From Eledone cirrhosa (taxonomy: Eukaryota), in the NCBI GenBank assembly GCA_964016885.1, contig OZ024742.1:368342001-368406000 (forward strand): a stretch of DNA of 64,000 nt, read 5' to 3'. The translations under genes were made by a program, and so were the position numbers. The stretch's first letter is position 1. Each line of letters begins with the position of its first letter. Of this stretch, positions 55,491-64,000 are shown piece by piece. The notes beneath the pieces are model-generated. The model saw only the letters and a program-made list of their open reading frames with translations, made no database searches and was not told where the DNA came from.

Positions 55491-58400
55491 CTGGAACACT
55501 GGAACACGAGAGCAGTGGAACACTAGAATACTGGAATATTAGAATACTGGAATATAGAGCAATGGAGTACTGGAATACTAGAGCAGTGTAACACTAGAAT
55601 ACTGGATTACTGGAATACTAGAGCAATGGAGTACTGAAACACGAGAGCAGTGGAACACTAGAATACTGCAGTACTGGAATACTGGAATATAGAGCAATGG
55701 AATACTGGAATACTAGAGCAGTGGAACACTAGAATACTGGATTACTGGAATACTAGAGCAATGGAGTACTGGAACACGAGAGCAGTGGAACACTAGAATA
55801 CTGGATTACTGTAATACTAGAGCAATGGAGTACTGGAATACTAGAGCAGTGGAACACTAGGATACTGGATTACTGTAATACTAGAGCAATGGAGTACTGG
55901 AATACTAGAGCAGTGGAACACTAGAATACTGGATTACTGTAATACTAGAGCAATGGAGTACTGGAATACTAGAGCAGTGGAACACTAGAATAATGGATTA
56001 CTGGAATACTAGAGCAATGGAGTACTGGAATACTAGAGCAGTGGAACACTAGAATAATGGATTACTGGAATACTAGAGCAATGGTGTACTGGAATACTAG
56101 AGCAGTGGAACACTAGAATAATGGATTACTGGAATACTAGAGCAATGGAGTACTGGAATACTAGAGCAGTGGAACACTAGAATACTGGATTACTGTAATA
56201 CTAGAGCAATGGAGTACTGGAATACTAGAGCAGTGGAACACTAGAATAATGGATTACTGGAATACTAGAGCAATGGAGTACTGGAATACTAGAGCAGTGG
56301 AACACTAGAATAATGGATTACTGGAATACTAGAGCAATGGTGTACTGGAATACTAGAGCAGTGGAACACTAGAATAATGGATTAGTGGAATACTAGAGCA
56401 ATGGAGTACTGGAATACTAGAGCAGTGGAACACTAGAATAATGGATTACTGGAATACTAGAGCAATGGAGTACTGGAATACTAGAGCAGTGGAACACTAG
56501 AATACTGGATTACTGGAATACTAGAGCAATGGAGTACTGGAATACTAGAGCAGTGGAACACTAGAATACTGGATTACTGTAATACTAGAGCAATGGAGTA
56601 CTGGAATACTAGAGCAGTGGAACACTAGAATACTGGATTACTGGAATACTAGAGCAATGGAGTACTGGAATACTAGAGCAGTGGAACACTAGAATACTGG
56701 ATTACTGTAATACTAGAACAATGGAGTACTGGAATACTAGAGCAGTGGAACACTAGAATACTGGATTAGTGTAATACTAGAGCAATGGAGTACTGGAATA
56801 CTAGAGCAGTGGAACACTAGAATACTGGATTACTGTAATACTAGAGCAATGGAGTACTGGAACACTAGAGCAGTGGAACACTAGAATACTGGATTACTGT
56901 AATACTAGAGCAATGGAGTACTGGAATACTAGAGCAGTGGAACACTAGAATACTGGATTACTGTAATACTAGAACAATGGAGTACTGTAATACTAGAACA
57001 ATGGAGTACTGGAATACTAGAGCAGTGGAACACTAGAGTACTGGATTACTGTAATACTAGAGCAATGGAGTACTGGAATACAAGAGCAGTGGAACACTAG
57101 AATACTGGAATACTGGAATACTAGAGCAATGGAGTACTGGAATACTAGAGCAGTGGAACACTAGAATACTGGATTACTGTAATACTAGAACAATGGAGTA
57201 CTGTAATACTAGAGCAATGGAGTACTGGAATACTAGAGCAGTGGAACACTAGAATACTGGATTACTGTAATACTAGAACAATGGAGTACTGTAATACTAG
57301 AGCAATGGAGTACTGGAATACTAGAGCAGTGGAACACTAGAATACTGGATTACTGTAATACTAGAACAATGGAGTACTGTAATACTAGAACAATGGAGTA
57401 CTGGAATACTAGAGCAGTGGAACACTAGAATACTGGATTACTGTAATACTAGAGCAATGGAGTACTGGAATACAAGAGCAGTGGAACACTAGAATACTGG
57501 AATACTGGAATACTAGAGCAATGGAGTACTGGAATACTAGAGCAGTGGAACACTAGAATACTGGATTACTGTAATACTAGAGCAATTGAGTACTGGAATA
57601 CTAGAGCAGTGGAACACTAGAATACTGGATTACTGTAATACTAGAACAATGGAGTACTGTAATACTAGAACAATTGAGTACTGGAATACTAGAGCAATGG
57701 AGTACTGGAATACTAGAGCAGTGGAACACTAGAATAATGGATTACTGGAATACTAGAGCAATGGAGTACTGGAATAATAGAGCAGTGGAACACTAGAATA
57801 CTGGATTACTGGAATACTAGAGCAATGGAGTACTGGAATACTAGAGCAGTGGAACACTAGAATACTGGATTACTGGAATACTAGAGCAATGGAGTACTGG
57901 AATACTAGAGCAGTGGAACACTAGAATAATGGATTACTGGAATACTAGAGCAATGGAGTACTGGAATACTAGAGCAGTGGAACACTAGAATACTGGATTA
58001 CTGGAATATAAGAGCAATGGAGTACTGGAATACTAGAGCAGTGGAACACTAGAATACTGGATTACTGGAATACTAGAGCAATGGAGTACTGGAATAATAG
58101 AGCAGTGGAACACTAGAAAACTGGAATACTGTAATACTAGAGCAATGGAGTACTGGAATACAAGAGCAGTGGAACACTAGAATACTGGATTACTGGAATA
58201 TTATAGCAATGGAGTACTGGAATACTAGAGCAGTGGAATACTAGAATAATGGATTACTGGAATACTAGAGCAATGGAGTACTGGAATACTAGAGCAGTGG
58301 AATACTAGAATAATGGATTACTGGAATACTAGAGCAATGGAGTACTGGAATACTAGAGCAGTGGAACACTAGAATAATGGATTACTGGAATACTAGAGCA

Positions 58401-61400
58401 ATGGAGTACTGGAATACTAAAGCAGTGGAACACTAGAATAATGGATTACTGGAATACTAGAGCAATGGAGTACTGGAATACTAGAGCAGTGGAACACTAG
58501 AATAATGGATTACTGGAATACTAGAGCAATGGAGTACTGGAATACTAGAGCAGTGGAACACTAGAATAATGGATTACTGGAATACTAGAGCAATGGAGTA
58601 CTGGAATACTGGATTACTGTAATACTAGAGCAATGGAGTAATGGAATACTAGAGCAGTGGAACACTAGAATACTGGATTACTGGAATATTAGAGCAATGG
58701 TGTACTGGAATACTAGAGCAATGGAGCACTGGAATACTAGAACAGTGGAACACTAGAATACTGGATTACTGGAATACTAGAGCAATGGAGTACTGGAATA
58801 CTAGAGCAATTGAGTACTGGAATACTAGAGCAGTGGAACACTAGAATACTGGATTACTGTAATACTAGAGCAATGGAGTACTGGAATACAAGAGCAGTGG
58901 AACACTAGAATACTGGAATACTGTAATAGTAGAGCAATGGAGTACTGGAATACTAGAGCAGTGGAACACTAGAATAATGGATTACTGTAATACTAGTGCA
59001 ATGGAGTACTGGAACACTAGAGCAGTGGAACACTAGAATATTGGAATACTGTAATACTAGAGCAATGGAGTACTGGAACACGAGAGCAGTGGAACACTAG
59101 AATACTGGAATACTGTAATACTAGAGCAATGGAGTACTGGAATACTAGAGCAGTGGAACACTAGAATACTGGTTTACTGTAATACTAGAGCAATGGAGTA
59201 CTGGAATACTAGAGCAGGGAACACTAGAATACTAGGTTACTGGAATACTAGAGCAATGGAGTACTGGAATACTAGAGCAGGGAACACTAGAATACTGGAT
59301 TACTGGAATACTAGAGCAATTGAGTACTGGAATACTAGAGCAGTGGAACACTAGAATACTGGATTACTGTAATACTAGAGCAATGGAGTACTGGAATACT
59401 AGAGCAGTGGAACACTAGAACACTGGATTACTGTAATACTAGAGCAATGGAGTACTGGAACACTAGAGCAGTGGAACACTAGAATACTGGATTACTGTAA
59501 TACTAGAGCAATGGAGTACTGGAATACTAGAGCAGTGGAACACTAGAATACTGGATTACTGTAATACTAGAACAATGGAGTACTGTAATACTAGAACAAT
59601 GGAGTACTGGAATACTAGAGCAGTGGAACACTAGAATACTGGATTACTGTAATACTAGAGCAATGGAGTACTGGAATACAAGAGCAGTGGAACACTAGAA
59701 TACTGGAATACTGGAATACTAGAGCAATGGAGTACTGGAATACTAGAGCAGTGGAACACTAGAATACTGGATTACTGTAATACTAGAACAATGGAGTACT
59801 GTAATATTAGAGCAATGGAGTACTGGAATACTAGAGCAGTGGAACACTAGAATACTGGATTACTGTAATACTAGAACAATGGAGTACTGTAATACTAGAG
59901 CAATGGAGTACTGGAATACTAGAGCAGTGGAACACTAGAATACTGGATTACTGTAATACTAGAACAATGGAGTACTGTAATACTAGAACAATGGAGTACT
60001 GGAATACTAGAGCAGTGGAACACTAGAATACTGGATTACTGTAATACTAGAGCAATGGAGTACTGGAATACAAGAGCAGTGGAACACTAGAATACTGGAA
60101 TACTGGAATACTAGAGCAATGGAGTACTGGAATACTAGAGCAGTGGAACACTAGAATACTGGATTACTGTAATACTAGAGCAATGGAGTACTGGAATACT
60201 AGAGCAGTGGAACACTAGAATACTGGATTACTGTAATACTAGAACAATGGAGTACTGTAATACTAGAACAATGGAGTACTGGAATACTAGAGCAATGGAG
60301 AACTGGAATACTAGAGCAGTGGAACACTAGAATAATGGATTACTGGAATACTAGAGCAATGGAGTACTGGAATAATAGAGCAGTGGAACACTAGAATACT
60401 GGATTACTGGAATACTAGAGCAATGGAGTACTGGAATACTAGAGCAGTGGAACACTAGAATACTGGATTACTGGAATACTAGAGCAATGGAGTACTGGAA
60501 TACTAGAGCAGTGGAACACTAGAATAATGGATTACTGGAATACTAGAGCAATGGAGTACTGGAATACTAGAGCAGTGGAACACTAGAATACTGGATTACT
60601 GGAATATAAGAGCAATGGAGTACTGGAATACTAGAGCAGTGGAACACTAGAATACTGGATTACTGGAATACTAGAGCAATGGAGTACTGGAATAATAGAG
60701 CAGTGGAACACTAGAAAACTGGAATACTGTAATACTAGAGCAATGGAGTACTGGAATACAAGAGCAGTGGAACACTAGAATACTGGATTACTGGAATACT
60801 ATAGCAATGGAGTACTGGAATACTAGAGCAGTGGAACACTAGAAAACTGGATTACTGTAATACTAGAGCAATGGAGTACTGGAATACTAGAGCAGTGGAA
60901 CACTAGAATAATGGATTACTGGAATACTAGAGCAATGGAGTACTGGAATACTAGAGCAGTGGAACACTAGAATAATGGATTACTGGAATACTAGAGCAAT
61001 GGAGTACTGGAATACTAGAGCAGTGGAATACTAGAATAATGGATTACTGGAATACTAGAGCAATGGAGTACTGGAATACTAGAGCAGTGGAACACTAGAA
61101 TAATGGATTACTGGAGTACTAGAGCAATGGAGTACTGGAATACTAGAGCAGTGGAACACTAGAATAATGGATTACTGGAATACTAGAGCAATGGAGTACT
61201 GGAATACTAGAGCAGTGGAACACTAGAATAATGGATTACTGGAATACTAGAGCAATGGAGTACTGGAATACTAGAGCAGTGGAACACTAGAATAATGGAT
61301 TACTGGAATACTAGAGCAATGGAGTACTGGAATACTGGATTACTGTAATACTAGAGCAATGGAGTAATGGAATACTAGAGCAGTGGAACACTAGAATACT

Positions 61401-64000
61401 GGATAACTGGAATATTAGAGCAATGGTGTACTGGAATACTAGAGCAATGGAGCACTGGAATACTAGAGCAGTGGAACACTAGAATACTGGATTACTGGAA
61501 TACTAGAGCAATGGAGTACTGGAATACTAGAGCAATTGAGTACTGGAATACTAGAGCAGTGGAACACTAGAATACTGGATTACTGTAATACTAGAGCAAT
61601 GGAGTACTGGAATACAAGAGCAGTGGAACACTAGAATACTGGAATACTGTAATACTAGAGCAATGGAGTACTGGAATACTAGAGCAGTGGAACACTAGAA
61701 TAATGGATTACTGTAATACTAGAGCAATGGAGTACTGGAATACAAGAGCAGTGGAACACTAGAATACTGGAATACTGTAATACTAGAGCAATGGAGTACT
61801 GGAATACTAGAGCAGTGGAACACTAGATTACTGGATTACTGTAATACTAGAGCAATGGAGTACTGGAATACTAGAGCAGTGGAACACTAGAATACTGGAA
61901 TACTGTCATACTAGTGCAATGGAGTACTGGAACACTAGAGCAGTGGAACACTAGAATATTGGAATACTGTAATACTAGAGCAATGGAGTACTGGAATACT
62001 AGAGCAGTGGAACACTAGAATACTGGAATACTGTAATACTAGAGCAATGGAGTACTGGAACACTAGAGCAGTGGAACACTAGAATATTGGAATACTGTAA
62101 TACTAGAGCAATGGAGTACTGGAATACTAGAGCAGTGGAACACTAGAATACTGGATTACTGTAATACTAGAGCAATGGAGTACTGGAATACTAGAGCAGT
62201 GGAACACTAGAATACTGGAATACTGTAATACTAGTGCAATGGAGTACTGGAACACTAGAGCAGTGGAACACTAGAATATTGGAATACTGTAATACTAGAG
62301 CAATGGAGTACTGGAACACGAGAGCAGTGGAACATTAGAATACTGGATTACTGTAATACGAGAGCAATGGAGTACTGCAACACTAGAGCAGTGGAACACT
62401 AGAATACTGGAATACTGTAATACTAGTGCAATGGAGTACTGGAACACTAGAGCAGTGGAACACTAGAATATTGGAATACTGTAATACTAGAGCAATGGAC
62501 TACTGGAACACGAGAGCAGTGGAACACTAGAATACTGGAATACTGTAATACTAGAGCAATGGAGTACTGGAATACTAGAGCAGTGGAACACTAGAATACT
62601 GGTTTACTGTAATACTAGAGCAATGGAGTACTGGAATACTAGAGCAGGGAACACTAGAATACTGGATTACTGGAATACTAGAGCAATGGAGTACTGGAAT
62701 ACTAGAGCAGGGAACACTAGAATACTGGATTACTGGAATACTAGAGCAATGGAGTACTGGAATACTAGAGCAGTGGAACACTAGAATACTGGATTACGGG
62801 AAACTAGAGCAATGGAGTACTGGATTACTAGAGTAGTGGAACACTAGAATAATGGATTACTGGAATACTAGAGCAATGGAGTGTTGGAATACTAGAGCAT
62901 TGGAGTACTGGAATACTGGATTACTGTAATACTAGAGCAATGGAGTACTGGAACACTAGAATACTGGATTACTGGAATACTAGAGCAATTGAGTACTGGA
63001 ATACTAGAGCAGTGGAACACTAGAATACTGGATTACTGTAATACTAGAGCAATGGAGTACTGGAATACAAGAGCAGTGGAACACTAGCATACTGGAATAC
63101 TGTAATACTAGAGCAATGGAGTACTGGAATACAAGAGCAGTGGAACACTAGAATACAGGAATACTGTAATACTAGAGCAATGGAGTACTGGAATACTAGA
63201 GCAGTGGAACACTAGAATACTGGATTACTGTAATAATAGAGCAATGGAGTACTGGAATACTAGAGCAGTGGAGCACTAGAATACTGGAATACTGTAATAC
63301 TAGAGCAATGGAGTACTGGAATACTAGAGCAGTGGAACACTAGATAACTGGATTACTGGAATACTAGAGCAATGGAGTACTGGAATACTAGAGCAGTGGA
63401 ACACTAGATAACTGGATTATTGGAATACTAGAGCAATGGAGTACTGGAATACTAGAGCAGTGGAACACTAGAAAACTGGATTACTGTAATACTAGAGCAT
63501 TGGAGTACTGGAATACTGGATTACTGTAATACTAGAGCAATGGAGTACTGGAACACTAGAGCAGTGGAACACTAGAATACTGGATTACTGGAATACTAGA
63601 GCAATGGAGTACTGGAATACTAGAGCAGTGGAACACTAGAATACTGGATTACTGTAATACTAGAGCAATGGAGTACTGGAATACAAGAGCAGTGGAACAC
63701 TAGAATACTGGATTACTGTAATACTAGAGCAATGGAGTACTGGAATACTGGATTACTGTAATACTAGAGCAATGGAGTACTGGAACACTAGAGCAGTGGA
63801 ACACTATAATACTGGAATACTGTAATACTAGAGAAATGGAGTACTGGAATACTAGAGCAGTGGAACACTAGAATACTGGATTACTGGAATAATATAGCAA
63901 TGGAGTACTGGAATACTAGAGCAGTGGAACACTAGAATACTGGATTACTGTAATACTAGAGTAATGGAGTACTGGAATACTAGAGCAGTGGAACACTAGA
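55491..64000. repeat. 64-bp satellite composed of eight diverged 8-bp subunits (runs off the right edge of the window)
   Basis: Unit GAGCAGTG GAACACTA GAATACTG GATTACTG GAATACTA GAGCAATG GAGTACTG GAATACTA. GAGCAGT recurs at 55844 and 55908 (period 64). Length variants differ mostly by multiples of 8. Confidence 0.98.
56800..62800. repeat. ~2.6-kb tandem duplication inside the 64-bp satellite, second copy internally expanded
   Basis: Rare variants recur at +2598 (57081>59679, 57773>60371, 58003>60601, 58113>60711), then +2726 (58641>61367) and +3430 (59171>62601). Boundaries approximate. Confidence 0.85.

Noticed and set aside
54606-55591. Short 60-75 aa ORFs across the hairpin and microsatellite region
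   Set aside because: They run through TA/GA repeats or into the satellite, with no recognisable RT, endonuclease or transposase motifs.
55491-64000. Telomeric repeat or coding repeat (62575-62781 ORF)
   Set aside because: No TTAGGG-type unit, the subunits are heterogeneous, and the frames are stop-rich. The ORF arises from two 1-bp-deleted 63-bp units.

Overview
Eukaryotic, repeat-dominated window with no convincing full-length gene. Layout: (1) 1-51684, one head-to-tail 51-bp satellite (~1,010 monomers) with nested higher-order duplications of 306, 917, ~1.63k, 2443, 4628 and 9956 bp. (2) 51888-53447, a homogeneous 48-bp minisatellite (32 full units) embedded in an older, degenerate version of itself. 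(3) ~53700-55490, a ~1.8-kb non-satellite island holding a candidate 40-nt minus-strand exon, a decayed SINE fragment resembling (from memory) an abundant octopus SINE, microsatellites, and three consecutive (TA)n-bounded modules. Each module carries a whole or partial type I hammerhead-ribozyme motif, and two are long fold-back palindromes, as seen at Penelope-like element ends. (4) 55491-64000, a 64-bp satellite built from eight 8-bp subunits, with a 2.6-kb internal duplication. Essentially all ORFs in the track are repeat artefacts. Family assignments rest on manual reading and recalled consensus sequences, not on searches.
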